From: a virus | Taxonomy: Duplodnaviria; Caudoviricetes | Length of the DNA stretch: 59,775 bases | IMG/VR virus record: IMGVR_UViG_3300035670_000230 | Span: 1 to 59,775 of that record | Direction: 5' to 3' (one strand) | Shown here: one piece after another, positions 31,969 to 41,195 of the stretch | Layout of the letters: every line of letters starts with the position of its first letter | Position numbering within the stretch: position 1 is the first letter of the stretch | Notes under the pieces: generated by a model | Seen by the model: only the letters and a program-made list of their open reading frames with translations | What the model was told of the DNA's origin: nothing | Database searches by the model: none | Translations under genes and position numbers: made by a program

Positions 31969-32982
31969 TTAGCTCCTTACCCGTTCCATGCTCATACCAA
32001 GCATGTCATATCGAACTCGCTTGTACCCATCTGCCCCCGCAACCACAGCTTGTGGGTAAACTTTCTCAACATCTTGAGCCATGACACCACGGTAACGCAG
32101 AGTTGGAGCAGCTTTATAAGCAAACTCGTAGATGGCTAGATTAGTAGTAAGGTCAATGCCTTTTAGTTTGATGTCGGTTTTAAGTCGGGCATCAGAATAT
32201 TTAGCAATCCCCGCACCGGCAAGTGATCCAAGAACTTCACCTTGTGCGTTTAATGACTGCCCATAAACACTGCCTTGCGTACTAAGAATATTACTTAACC
32301 CGCTCTGCAACATGCTTCTACCTGCACCTATCGTACTAATACCTTGCTGCTGACCTGCCATATATTGGTTGCCCGGAGCCATAGCCGTTCCAGTTGCCGC
32401 ACTTCCTGCTCCAGTTGCCGCACCATAAGCTGCAGTAGAAGCACCCGGTAAATTACGACCAAGACCAGCAGCATCAAGCATTCGTGCATAACCAAATTGT
32501 TCTGCAGATCGTCGTCCACCCGTCATAGCTGCTGCTCGTTGAGCAGCAAGCCCCAATTGATTTTGATTTTGCAAACCAGCAAAACGACCGGAGGCAGGGT
32601 TAACCCCCATACTTGCCATAGATCTTTCGCCTGCTGCTTGTGTAACACCAAAAGCTCTGGCTGCATCAGCAGCCGCTTGTCCAGCAAGCTGTTCACGGTA
32701 GGCTTCGGTGTTAAATTGCTGTGCTTGTTGGACAAGGCCACGCTCTAGGGGTCGGAAGGTACGAGTTTGATAGTCGTAGTATTCTCTGCCTTGCCTTAGT
32801 TGTTCTGCCTGTGCTGCCGCTTGCTGATTAGCAATTTCTTGAGCAAAAGGTAAAAGATCTTCATACTGCTGTCTAGAAAACGCTAGCTGCTCTCGCCCGA
32901 GACCTGACATTATCTCAGCAGATTCCTTAGAGGCCGCAGCTAGTGGTGCATAATCTGGTGCCCGAGCTGATTTACCGCCCAT
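31969..32982 (-). CDS. DNA pilot/ejection protein with C-terminal peptidase S74-like chaperone domain
   Basis: 'MGGKS..APD' start, A/G/Q-rich; C-terminal 'SDARLKTDI...Y.F.YK...GVMAQDVEK..P.AV'. Confidence 0.75.
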   Translation of the reverse strand: MGGKSARAPDYAPLAAASKESAEIMSGLGREQLAFSRQQYEDLLPFAQEIANQQAAAQAEQLRQGREYYDYQTRTFRPLERGLVQQAQQFNTEAYREQLAGQAAADAARAFGVTQAAGERSMASMGVNPASGRFAGLQNQNQLGLAAQRAAAMTGGRRSAEQFGYARMLDAAGLGRNLPGASTAAYGAATGAGSAATGTAMAPGNQYMAGQQQGISTIGAGRSMLQSGLSNILSTQGSVYGQSLNAQGEVLGSLAGAGIAKYSDARLKTDIKLKGIDLTTNLAIYEFAYKAAPTLRYRGVMAQDVEKVYPQAVVAGADGYKRVRYDMLGMSMERVRS

Positions 32983-32985
32983 GAT

Positions 32986-33402
32986 TTACTCCTTAGGTAA
33001 CCAGCGGCATTCGTCGTGCCGCATAACAAGTACACACATATCTGCCCCCGGAGCAGCATCCTTCATAATAAATTCTGGTTTAAAGCCAAGTTTCATATCA
33101 AAGCGTATTGTCTCTGGTTCATCAGTGGGTACTAACCCAGTAATCCTTTTGAGCGCAAGCTGCCTAAAACAATAATCACCAACAACTTCAAATAACTTGT
33201 ACATCGTTTTACAGGGCTTTTCGATGGCTATGTGGCAAAACGCATTAGCCCCATTGATGTTGTGGATGACGACGCCAGCAACAAGCTCCCCGCCCATCTC
33301 GACACCAAAAGCATTAAAGTCGCCCCATGAACCATGTTGGTAAACTTGGTGTGCAACCCACTCGCCTACACGTTCTCGGTCGTAAAGGATAAGTTGCGCC
33401 AT
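32986..33402 (-). CDS. GNAT-fold virion-associated protein (T7 gp13-like position)
   Basis: 'YCF.QL...RITGLV...N/E...F..KLGF..E'. Confidence 0.75.
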   Translation of the reverse strand: MAQLILYDRERVGEWVAHQVYQHGSWGDFNAFGVEMGGELVAGVVIHNINGANAFCHIAIEKPCKTMYKLFEVVGDYCFRQLALKRITGLVPTDEPETIRFDMKLGFKPEFIMKDAAPGADMCVLVMRHDECRWLPKE

Positions 33403-33426
33403 ATCGGATTGTATATCAGAAAACGC

Positions 33427-35172
33427 CTACCCACACAAGTAGATACAAGCAATTTGTTTAACTTCTGTAGGGCTAGAAAAAGTGACGTTTTCCCGAGCTT
33501 TCGCCACCGTGATGGACCGCACAAGATCATCAGACTGCTTCATTCCTTTGCCTGCAATAGATGAGGTAACAATCAGGTCACCAATCTCTATGTCCCCACC
33601 CTCACCACAGATGTTGATTTTGCCCTCGCCAATAGCGTTGACAACCAAGGGTCGATAAGTGTCAAAAACATTCTCAAATTCTGGTTTAAGAACAAATTCT
33701 TTTTGAGCTGCAGGACCAATATCAACGTATTCGCCCAATGACGTTGGGACAAATCCAGTCCCCAATTGACCAGCATAAATCCCAATGACACCTTTTTGAT
33801 TTGCTGACGAGCTGACTTTCACTTCGGTGATGGAGTCATTGACATTGGGAGCCGCAACCAACGCAACGTCAACTAGAATGTCGCCTATCTCAGGGAGCGT
33901 TTCTGTGAGCTTTTGCAGTCCGTCGTGCGCCGCAGTAAATGGGCCACCAACACCGCCGGTAATGTAATAAGCATAGCCAGAGGTCCATGTTGGTTCCGCA
34001 TAGCCCAAATAGATACCCGCAATGTTAGATGCCGTTGCGCCAACATTAACAGTATTGAAGCCCCAATAACCAGACGACATTGCCGAGTAAACTGTCCAAC
34101 TGTTATACGAACTGTTTGAATTACCAATGGCAAAAATCGCACCATTTGACCCATTGCTGTTTGTTGTGCCCGCACCAAAAGCTGAACCGCCAGCACTATT
34201 ACCAACAATCGCCCCGAAGTAGCTTGCATTCGTACTCATGAACTGAGCACCAGCATTGATGCCGCCGACGGTCGTTGATGTTCCGAGGCCAAAGGTCGTG
34301 TTGTTTACGGTCTTAGTTGTATTGGATTCAATGCGGTCAGCAGAAAGTGTGTTCGTGGTGATCTTTCCACCATCAATGACTGTCACTCCCGAATCAAAAT
34401 CTGATTGAATATTACTAAAAGTGACTAGCCCATCAAAATTCTGCCACCGAAAAACAGACCCAATACTTACAGTTTGTGTCCCATCAAAAGTAGATTCGTT
34501 TACTGTGTAACGTACCGCCCAATAAGTATTTTCACCAGCCGTTGTTGGAGCTGTAAATGTTGGTGACCAGTTAGAAGTTAAAGAGCTAAATGTATGCGTA
34601 GAAAAACTATACCCACTAGCAGATGGAGCGCTTGGTGCAGACCCACTAGATAACGCATAGTATAAATATCCGTTTGCTGTACGAGGTGTGCCATCAGAAT
34701 TAGCACCAGTTTGACCTAAAGTTCCAGACGAGGAATTAAAATCACCAAACGTACCTGCGATATTTACAAAACGAATCCAGTAGTAAAATGTAGCTGCTTC
34801 GCCAGTGCTATGATAAAAACTTCCACCCGGAGTTTGACCTACAATAGCTGCTGTAGCTAAATCATTTGTTATAGAAGCCCATACTTCAGCATAAGAATGC
34901 CCGTAATATGTAGGGATACTCCAAGAAATCGTTATATTAGCTAAGCCACCTGAAGTAGTTACATCTAGTGGTATTGATGGAGGGCCAATTTTTGTAGTTG
35001 TAGAAGTTATAGAACCGCCGGGAGCAGGTAGTGCAATACCAGCCGTTGTAAGATCTTTAACTGATACAAGCCTTTCTGATCCTTGACTTGTTAATAATTC
35101 ACGAACTCGGTCTAAAAAAGCACGAAGATCTTTTGGTATGTCTGAAGAAATAAATGGTAGCTTTTTAGACAT
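33427..35172 (-). CDS. Tail fibre/spike with C-terminal peptidase G2-like autocleavage domain
   Basis: Fn3-like N-terminal part ('YYWIRFVN'); 'FTAAHD...VNAIGEG.I..CGEGGDIE.GDLIVTSS..GKGMKQ'. Confidence 0.7.
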   Translation of the reverse strand: MSKKLPFISSDIPKDLRAFLDRVRELLTSQGSERLVSVKDLTTAGIALPAPGGSITSTTTKIGPPSIPLDVTTSGGLANITISWSIPTYYGHSYAEVWASITNDLATAAIVGQTPGGSFYHSTGEAATFYYWIRFVNIAGTFGDFNSSSGTLGQTGANSDGTPRTANGYLYYALSSGSAPSAPSASGYSFSTHTFSSLTSNWSPTFTAPTTAGENTYWAVRYTVNESTFDGTQTVSIGSVFRWQNFDGLVTFSNIQSDFDSGVTVIDGGKITTNTLSADRIESNTTKTVNNTTFGLGTSTTVGGINAGAQFMSTNASYFGAIVGNSAGGSAFGAGTTNSNGSNGAIFAIGNSNSSYNSWTVYSAMSSGYWGFNTVNVGATASNIAGIYLGYAEPTWTSGYAYYITGGVGGPFTAAHDGLQKLTETLPEIGDILVDVALVAAPNVNDSITEVKVSSSANQKGVIGIYAGQLGTGFVPTSLGEYVDIGPAAQKEFVLKPEFENVFDTYRPLVVNAIGEGKINICGEGGDIEIGDLIVTSSIAGKGMKQSDDLVRSITVAKARENVTFSSPTEVKQIACIYLCG

Positions 35173-37720
35173 TGCCTAATTCGCTTACAGATTGTGCTAA
35201 GTCGATTGAAAAAACTTCTCTGGTGCCTTCAATTTGAATCTCCCAGTCACGGGCTACTACAGCAGGCAATCTAAATGGGTTCCTATTAGCAACTGTTTGT
35301 GTGTGAATCAAAGTACCATCTGCATAAAATTTAGCTGTAAACGAATAACTTTCGGCTTCAACCTGCGCACAATTAAAAGACATCGGGTAAGCTAGAGAGA
35401 ATTTTTTAGACTTCCATGTGTAGCTCAAAGCAGAACCAGCGTTCCATATTTTTAAGGCCTTGTTGCTAAAAGCCAAAAACAATTTGTCGCTTTGGATGTC
35501 TGTGTATCCAGCAGTAGCGTAGATGTTGTGCGTTACAAACTGTCCAGATTTAAAGTCATAGATAAAACCACCTTGTGTGGTGCCGGTATCATAAAAACCA
35601 ACATACTTAAGATCAGTCTGATAAGCATGAATTGATTCCGGTCTAAAGTCTTGCCACTGTACACGGTCATATATGGTGTCAGTTAAAATTTTAGAGCCAC
35701 CGGGTTGCAGTGCTATGAGGCCATCGGGACTAGCATAAACAACAACGCCATTAAAACTAACGATACTTTGTTTAGAGACACATGCCTGTTCTATATCCGA
35801 CCTAACAACTACCATTGATTCAGGGTCAGTGCCTTGTATAAAGTATGGAGTACCTGTGGTTAGAACAACTAAGGTCGTATCAATTTTTCCAAGACCTACA
35901 ATAAAATAATCTACAGTCTGGATGTATTGTTGGGGCCATGCATGGGGCCGATAAGGGACTGAAAAATAAATATCTCTACCAACAAATCCCGCCATCAAAC
36001 CGTTGGGTAAATTTGTAAGTCCTTGTAAATTTGCAGGTGGAGGCGTCCAAGTAAGAGAAGGCAGTTCTTCCGATAAATCTTCTGGCAAACTGTCATCAGC
36101 ATACTTACTGTCAATAATTGGTATTTCATCGACAAACAAATAGATGCCGTTTACTGCTCTATATATCCTACGATGAGTAACTGTATACCCAGTTGGCGGG
36201 GCTAAAAAATTGCTAAGGTTTACGATTTGTTCAAACCGCACATCGATAGACTCTGAGGCTGGGGCTGGTGCAGATTCAAAATCATACCCACCTACTTTGT
36301 TAACCCAAGTGTAAGTGTAAACCCTAGTATCTAATAGTTCTGACCCATCTGCGCCACCTGCGTCTGACAAAATAACAACATCATCAACAGACGGGAATGA
36401 ACCAGCACGTATTCGTAAAGTTGAAGTTGCATCGCCCGGAGGAGCAGAAATTAAAGCAACTGGGTTTTCATTACCATAAATAACTACTGTTAAATTAAAG
36501 TCTCGCAGCGCAACCAGATCGGCAACTTTGGCATTAGCGCCAAGATACAAAAACCGTTCAACGCCAGCGTTGTATATGCCGGTGTAGTAGATCGAAATAA
36601 TTGAGTTAGCAACAACATCGACAGCCGCTTGATCGACAATAAAATAAGCAGCTCGTGCGCTTGGAGAATACTCACTACGGAATTCAGAAAGTAACGCTGA
36701 AGATCTATAATGCTTATATAAAATGTGATTGGTTGTTGCGGCAGTCCCGGGTTCAAATAATAAATTAGATCCATAAGCAGTAACATCAACAGAACCAGAT
36801 AAGATTCCATTAAAGTATGTAGCCCAGTCTGATGCGGTTGAATATACAGTAGAAATAGTTTCGTTTAGGTGTATCCCATCCCCGGACGAAATAGCAATAA
36901 CATCACCAACTTGTATAGATCGCCATTCAATATCTGGTATCGGGAGGAATGGGGGTGATGTAGAAGTACTTGTTGCCTGTATATCTAATGTGCCTGTGTC
37001 ATAAACAAACGCATCAGTCTGGTCTTCAATCGTTCCTACTTTGTATGCAATATGTAATGTTGCAGAACTCCCTGTGGCAACAGTTGATACTTTGACTTTA
37101 TCATCGACAACAACCGCATTAAGAGTAACAATTGCATTTAGCGCTGCAGCAACTGCAGAAGCCGTAGTTGAGGCCAATGGAACATTTAGATAAGTTTGTC
37201 CATTGTCTAAGCTGTAATTGACCCCGTAAGCAGTTTGAAGTTGAGATAAATGAACTGAAGTAAGATAAACAATTGCTGGAATAGTTTCTGGGTCGAATAC
37301 ATCTGCTGATACCGTTAACGGATCTAGTGGTGCAGGTAACCCAAGTGGTATAGAAGAAGCAGGATAATTAGCGCTAGAAAGCGCAATCGTATTGTAAGTT
37401 GCTTTTGGCGCACCATCACCAGTATAGAAAGTCCATTCGGAATCATCACCATGGATTTGGCTACGGCATACATCTACCGAAAAAGGCCAATGAAACCAAT
37501 AATTAGTGTCTGATTTAGCATCCTGACCAAAACGATAAATTGATCTAGGCACCCCATCTTTTGGTAGGGTAAGCAAAGAAGAACCAACATTAGCAATTGG
37601 GGCTAGCGACCCATTAAACGGACCAGCATTTAGCGAAGTCTGTGCCTGCCCATTTTGTAAATACCGAGCTGGCGTTTTAGGTGAAATACCACCAAAAGAT
37701 TTTATGCTGATGACTGCCAT
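35165..37720 (-). CDS. Tail nozzle/stabilisation protein
   Basis: 'I.SFGGISPK', 'RVYTYTWV', 'FS.PYRPHAWP', 'YASPDGL', 'WKSKKF'; carries a central insertion. Confidence 0.75.
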   Translation of the reverse strand: MAVISIKSFGGISPKTPARYLQNGQAQTSLNAGPFNGSLAPIANVGSSLLTLPKDGVPRSIYRFGQDAKSDTNYWFHWPFSVDVCRSQIHGDDSEWTFYTGDGAPKATYNTIALSSANYPASSIPLGLPAPLDPLTVSADVFDPETIPAIVYLTSVHLSQLQTAYGVNYSLDNGQTYLNVPLASTTASAVAAALNAIVTLNAVVVDDKVKVSTVATGSSATLHIAYKVGTIEDQTDAFVYDTGTLDIQATSTSTSPPFLPIPDIEWRSIQVGDVIAISSGDGIHLNETISTVYSTASDWATYFNGILSGSVDVTAYGSNLLFEPGTAATTNHILYKHYRSSALLSEFRSEYSPSARAAYFIVDQAAVDVVANSIISIYYTGIYNAGVERFLYLGANAKVADLVALRDFNLTVVIYGNENPVALISAPPGDATSTLRIRAGSFPSVDDVVILSDAGGADGSELLDTRVYTYTWVNKVGGYDFESAPAPASESIDVRFEQIVNLSNFLAPPTGYTVTHRRIYRAVNGIYLFVDEIPIIDSKYADDSLPEDLSEELPSLTWTPPPANLQGLTNLPNGLMAGFVGRDIYFSVPYRPHAWPQQYIQTVDYFIVGLGKIDTTLVVLTTGTPYFIQGTDPESMVVVRSDIEQACVSKQSIVSFNGVVVYASPDGLIALQPGGSKILTDTIYDRVQWQDFRPESIHAYQTDLKYVGFYDTGTTQGGFIYDFKSGQFVTHNIYATAGYTDIQSDKLFLAFSNKALKIWNAGSALSYTWKSKKFSLAYPMSFNCAQVEAESYSFTAKFYADGTLIHTQTVANRNPFRLPAVVARDWEIQIEGTREVFSIDLAQSVSELGNV

Positions 37721-37729
37721 GGTAGGTCC

Positions 37730-38194
37730 TTATGCAACAAGCCCTGGTAGATATACTGTTTTACCGTTTTGTTTAGTTGCGGTCAATACCTGCTTGCGGA
37801 GATCCTCGGGCACATAGCTTACATGCACCCAGCCTGAATCGGGTACACCCGGGGTGTAAAATTCTAAAATTACTTGGGTGAAGTCCAAGTTATCCACAAT
37901 CCACTGGGCCAATTCTGCATTAGCTATTCCAGGGATTTCAATATCTGCTGCCATACCACGAACATGATGCGAGTTGTCAGACGAACCGATAACTCGGTTT
38001 ACAGGCAAAGTACGCAGGGCAGAGTTTACTTTAACACCACGAGCAAAATGATCTCGGACTGGTTGAAGTACCTTCTCAGCTAGGATTTGCAGTGCAGCAA
38101 GCTGCTGCTCATTGGGTTCATTTTCCAAATTAAGGCGTAAAGCCGTCTCAGATTTGGTCATCTCATGCAGAGTAAAGTTCTTAGTGATGTTCAT
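37730..38194 (-). CDS. Endolysin, peptidase M15A family
   Basis: 'S..R...N..IG....S.H..G.AADI', 'WVHVS'. Confidence 0.9.
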   Translation of the reverse strand: MNITKNFTLHEMTKSETALRLNLENEPNEQQLAALQILAEKVLQPVRDHFARGVKVNSALRTLPVNRVIGSSDNSHHVRGMAADIEIPGIANAELAQWIVDNLDFTQVILEFYTPGVPDSGWVHVSYVPEDLRKQVLTATKQNGKTVYLPGLVA

Positions 38195-38622
38195 TTCAGC
38201 GCCTTCCTAAGCTCTTCTGCCTTGTCTTTTGAACCCATACTGCTACCAAAATAGTAGCTGGCAATCTGGGTCACCAAAGCGCTTAGAACGCCTAAAACAT
38301 AAATCAAGATGTCTTTGCCTTCGGGGGTAACGTCCACAAAAATGATGACCACGAATAGGGCAAAACTGAGGCCCGTAACAGAAAGAGCCAATACTGGAGT
38401 GATAATCTTGTTAATGAGAGGTGCATATTCAGACATTGCGATTTGAGCTTCTCGTTGTCTGGCTGAGTCCAAATCTTTTGCATACAGTTCTACCTCCTTT
38501 AATTGCCCGTCCTGAGCAAGTTTGGCAAGGTCAAGTTTTGCTTTGGCGGCAGCTTCAGGGTCAGGCATAACCCTGTCAAGTACCTTTTCACCAATACTTA
38601 AAATTGTGTCCAAACCAATCAT
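38191..38622 (-). CDS. Holin-like membrane protein (3TM-holin type)
   Basis: 'D..SAR.RE', two TM helices, 'YYFGSS'; adjacent to the endolysin. Confidence 0.75.
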   Translation of the reverse strand: MIGLDTILSIGEKVLDRVMPDPEAAAKAKLDLAKLAQDGQLKEVELYAKDLDSARQREAQIAMSEYAPLINKIITPVLALSVTGLSFALFVVIIFVDVTPEGKDILIYVLGVLSALVTQIASYYFGSSMGSKDKAEELRKALK

Positions 38623-39113
38623 GCTGCCCCCATACTAATAAGTTCGACCGCCATCCACAGAATTGAGATCACCCCAGCCGCACCCGCAAGAATCAACCCG
38701 CCTGTAAAGCAAGCCTCAAAGAAGGCCCGTTGGCGTATAAGCTGGTCTTGTATGGCCTTGATCCGCTGCTCACGAATCCTGCGTCGAATGCTATAAAACT
38801 CCCGAAGTCCGTCCATACCCAAGTGGCACAGGCCACCGTACAAGAATTGATGCCGAATGTCTGCTTCCATCTCCCGCATCTTGACCTTGGCGGCGTAAGC
38901 ATCAAAGGCTTGCTTGGTGTCGTTACTAAAGTCAATCTTCTTAAATAACGGCGGTTTCTTAGGTTTATCCGATACCTGCTCTAGTACATCAGCGGCTTGC
39001 GCCCACGCAGACAGTTGGCTCCAAACATCGGAAACCTCCCTGCCTACTTCGACAGCCTTCTTGATACCACCCCAGATGGTCGAGATGGTAGCTAATGCGG
39101 TTATCGGGTCCAA
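38619..39113 (-). CDS. Lysis-region membrane protein
   Basis: 'MDPITALA' N-terminus, coiled coil, C-terminal TM segment. Confidence 0.7.
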   Translation of the reverse strand: MDPITALATISTIWGGIKKAVEVGREVSDVWSQLSAWAQAADVLEQVSDKPKKPPLFKKIDFSNDTKQAFDAYAAKVKMREMEADIRHQFLYGGLCHLGMDGLREFYSIRRRIREQRIKAIQDQLIRQRAFFEACFTGGLILAGAAGVISILWMAVELISMGAA

Positions 39114-39323
39114 TCATTGCTCCGGTGTTTTGTTTTTATTTCGTATGTCTTTGATTATTAAGAATATTTTATGCCCAATTAGTAGTATAGTGTAGATCAG
39201 GGTTGCCCATAGAACCAGCTCAGATACCTGAACACCAGCGACGGTTGCCAGACTTATACCGGCTGGCGGCGATAATTTAGCTGCAATAGCAGCGGCTGAT
39301 TCACCGTGTTCGTGCGAGGTCAT
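39114..39323 (-). CDS. Small holin-like protein
   Basis: GGGAG RBS before ATG 39323; TM segment(s) and basic C-terminus. Confidence 0.55.
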   Translation of the reverse strand: MTSHEHGESAAAIAAKLSPPAGISLATVAGVQVSELVLWATLIYTILLIGHKIFLIIKDIRNKNKTPEQ

Positions 39324-40627
39324 ACAAAAAGCTCCCTGTCCAAGTCCCATGGGCGTGGTTTACCATGAAAGCATACTACAGATGCGCCCTCAGGTATAGT
39401 CTGTTTACAGTGAACTTTATATGATACGACCTTGTTTGGTAAGACATTTTGCCATCTCTGCGGGTTCGTTAAAACACTGTTTAAAAATCCCTGATCTCCG
39501 ATCAAAGGTGGCTTTGTGTAGCGGGCCATATGGCCTTGTGGGTCTGCCATAAACTGCTCGTAAACCCTAGCTTTGTCCGATTGTTGTATATACATTAATC
39601 CCGAGGCAAAGACATCCGGGTAGTAAAAGTCTGACAGCAATGTGGTTTTACCCATCTTTAGTAGGGGTGTAATGTCTCCCACAATTGTAGTATCCAGATC
39701 GAAATGCAAAATATCCGTATCCAAGCCCGGACCAAACAATTCCATCTTTGACCACCATCCGGGCCAGTTATGTTTAAGTGGAATACAGCGAACGCCCGGA
39801 ATAGATATATCTGAAAAGCATGTTAAGTTGGGTATTTGCTTGGCAAGACGCTGGACATGCTCAGGTTTGTATTCACCTCCAGAACGTAGAACTGTGACCG
39901 GAGTCACAGGTCGATCAAGCACATGTCTTGGTTTGGAGTGTTTAGGATGATGCTTTTCTAATAACTGATAAACAGAAGTGTAGGGAAGAAACTCATTAAT
40001 TGGTGAATCTGGTGTGCTGCTGTGGATTGTTATACCGTACTTAACTGCTTCTTTAGCAAGATTCTCGATAAACACGACTTGCTGAGCATAAAGCCTACGG
40101 TTTGTTTTGCGGTGGTCATCTGTAAGTTTTAGGTCATGGCAATAGTCATCAGAACCACCAAGATCACAGCCAACCAAGAATATATTTCTAGCCCCCATCC
40201 AAACCATGAAATGAAGTGCGACTCCAAGCGTGTGCTTATGCCACGCAAACTTAACATCATGGCTGCGCAGATCGAACATAGTCTGACCCAGAGGGATTTT
40301 ATCCACATCCGCAAAATACGATTCCGGATACGCATGGAGTTTTTGACCGTGGTACTCACGCTTTGCATAGGGTCCTCTAAATATTTTCGGGAAACCTTCG
40401 GTCAGAAGGTTGATGTCGTAACAGTGGGGTTCGTCCATCCCGATCCAAATGTCGGGCTTGACTGTCGGGTAGGCTGTGTTTAGGGCAAAGACCTTGCGCC
40501 CACGCCCACGGAGATCGGGTGTGTTTTTTAGAGAAGGGCCGGGGCAGCAGAGAATCGCATCAAGGTGAAGTTCTTTTCGGGCCATGTGCGCCCGTTGCCA
40601 ACCATTGCCACAGTCATACCAGAGCAA
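39320..40627 (-). CDS. Two-domain glycosyltransferase (MptE/GT29-like Rossmann N-domain plus GT-A/GT8-like C-domain)
   Basis: N: 'CPGPSL', 'ALN', 'MGA.NIFLVGCD'; C: 'VLRSGGEY', 'GWWSKMELF', 'FDLDT', 'GDQGFL', 'VCFHGKPRPW'. Confidence 0.8.
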   Translation of the reverse strand: MLWYDCGNGWQRAHMARKELHLDAILCCPGPSLKNTPDLRGRGRKVFALNTAYPTVKPDIWIGMDEPHCYDINLLTEGFPKIFRGPYAKREYHGQKLHAYPESYFADVDKIPLGQTMFDLRSHDVKFAWHKHTLGVALHFMVWMGARNIFLVGCDLGGSDDYCHDLKLTDDHRKTNRRLYAQQVVFIENLAKEAVKYGITIHSSTPDSPINEFLPYTSVYQLLEKHHPKHSKPRHVLDRPVTPVTVLRSGGEYKPEHVQRLAKQIPNLTCFSDISIPGVRCIPLKHNWPGWWSKMELFGPGLDTDILHFDLDTTIVGDITPLLKMGKTTLLSDFYYPDVFASGLMYIQQSDKARVYEQFMADPQGHMARYTKPPLIGDQGFLNSVLTNPQRWQNVLPNKVVSYKVHCKQTIPEGASVVCFHGKPRPWDLDRELFV

Positions 40628-41186
40628 GAATTAGTTCCTCAATAGTCGTTGCCGCAGTAATCGCCGCCTCTTTTGCGGTACATGCTTGAACGACGGCAGC
40701 ACGATCAGCTACCACTTCCGCAGGTATATCCGTACCTCTTTCAGCCTTCCTAATCACATACCAGTCCGTTGCGGCAAGTGCTTTGTTGGCAGAGTCTTTT
40801 GCTTGGGCGATGAACTGTGACTTCAGCCCTTTTGTAACCAGCCGCTCCGCAGAGTCCACCATTGCTGGTTTACCGTCTACTTCACCCAGAACTTTTACAT
40901 ACAGAGGATTACCGTCCTCATCCACTTCTTCCCTGTCCTCTAGCTCTTTAGGTGTGTTTGTGAACACGAATGTTGGAACACCGTCCACCAGTTGCAGATG
41001 AGGATTCGCAGGAGTGACCCAGTAGAACCTTTGGTCTTTCTGCTCACCGTCCACCACCTCCATAACACCGTGATCTGCTTTGAACTGGGCAGATGCACCA
41101 CCCGCAGGGAAAGAGATGTTGGGGAATAAGGTGCGGATACTGCCACCTGTCTTTACTATTTCGTTGTCTTTTATGATGCAATACAT
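40614..41186 (-). CDS. Tail fibre assembly-like protein
   Basis: 'L..TDWYVIRKAE...IP'; downstream of the fibre gene. Confidence 0.65.
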   Translation of the reverse strand: MYCIIKDNEIVKTGGSIRTLFPNISFPAGGASAQFKADHGVMEVVDGEQKDQRFYWVTPANPHLQLVDGVPTFVFTNTPKELEDREEVDEDGNPLYVKVLGEVDGKPAMVDSAERLVTKGLKSQFIAQAKDSANKALAATDWYVIRKAERGTDIPAEVVADRAAVVQACTAKEAAITAATTIEELILALV

Positions 41187-41195
41187 TTGTTACTC

